Shown in pieces: positions 64,000-64,000 of a DNA stretch of 64,000 nucleotides (position 1 is the first letter of the stretch; each line of letters begins with the position of its first letter). The position numbers and the translations under genes are program-made. Below the pieces are notes generated by a model, which was not told where the DNA came from, did no database searches, and saw only the letters and a program-made list of their open reading frames with translations. The DNA is from Candidatus Vogelbacteria bacterium RIFOXYD1_FULL_44_32. Lineage in GTDB: Bacteria > Patescibacteriota > Minisyncoccia > Phycocordibacterales > XYD1-FULL-46-19. Location: assembly GCA_001823065.1 (NCBI GenBank), contig MHTJ01000003.1, positions 181,460 through 245,459 on the forward strand, written 5' to 3'.

Positions 64000-64000
64000 A

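Overview
This window is a 64 kb chromosomal segment of about 45% GC with compact, mostly co-directional genes. Gene content looks like a reduced-genome bacterium, possibly Patescibacteria/CPR-like (inference: short dnaX, short uvrC, stand-alone receiver, many small membrane proteins). Housekeeping genes identified from the translations are: cysteine desulfurase (C-terminal fragment), Fe/Mn superoxide dismutase, ClpB, L33 (missing from the ORF track), MiaA, ParB, RelA/SpoT, topoisomerase I, DprA, SerRS, FtsQ-like, an amidase, Dus, DnaX, TrhO, PAP2 phosphatase, YihY, an AI-2E transporter, a Pif1/RecD helicase, Tgt, UvrB, UvrA, UvrC, a histidine kinase plus receiver, Ddl, MscL, an ABC exporter, an ECF sigma factor, YchF and LeuRS. 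I found seven tRNA genes by hand: Tyr-GUA, Trp-CCA, Leu-CAA, Gln-UUG, Arg-CCG, Ala-UGC and Ala-GGC. Several six-frame ORFs simply overlap them and are spurious. The most notable observations follow. (1) A family of 120-130 nt structured elements sits beside tRNA genes. Each begins with the reverse complement of, and ends with a copy of, the neighbouring tRNA 3' end plus an encoded CCA. Two internal helices show compensatory base changes between copies. (2) A complete Nudix hydrolase domain is inserted into LeuRS. (3) An AT-rich islet next to tRNA-Gln carries an HNH endonuclease, a clear hygromycin-B-kinase (APH(4))-like gene and a GrpB-type nucleotidyltransferase. (4) There are recurring intergenic repeat/hairpin families and two candidate structured-RNA regions. 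(5) uvrB, uvrA and uvrC are clustered, with a nested palindrome upstream of uvrA. No CRISPR array, rRNA or obvious transposase was seen.
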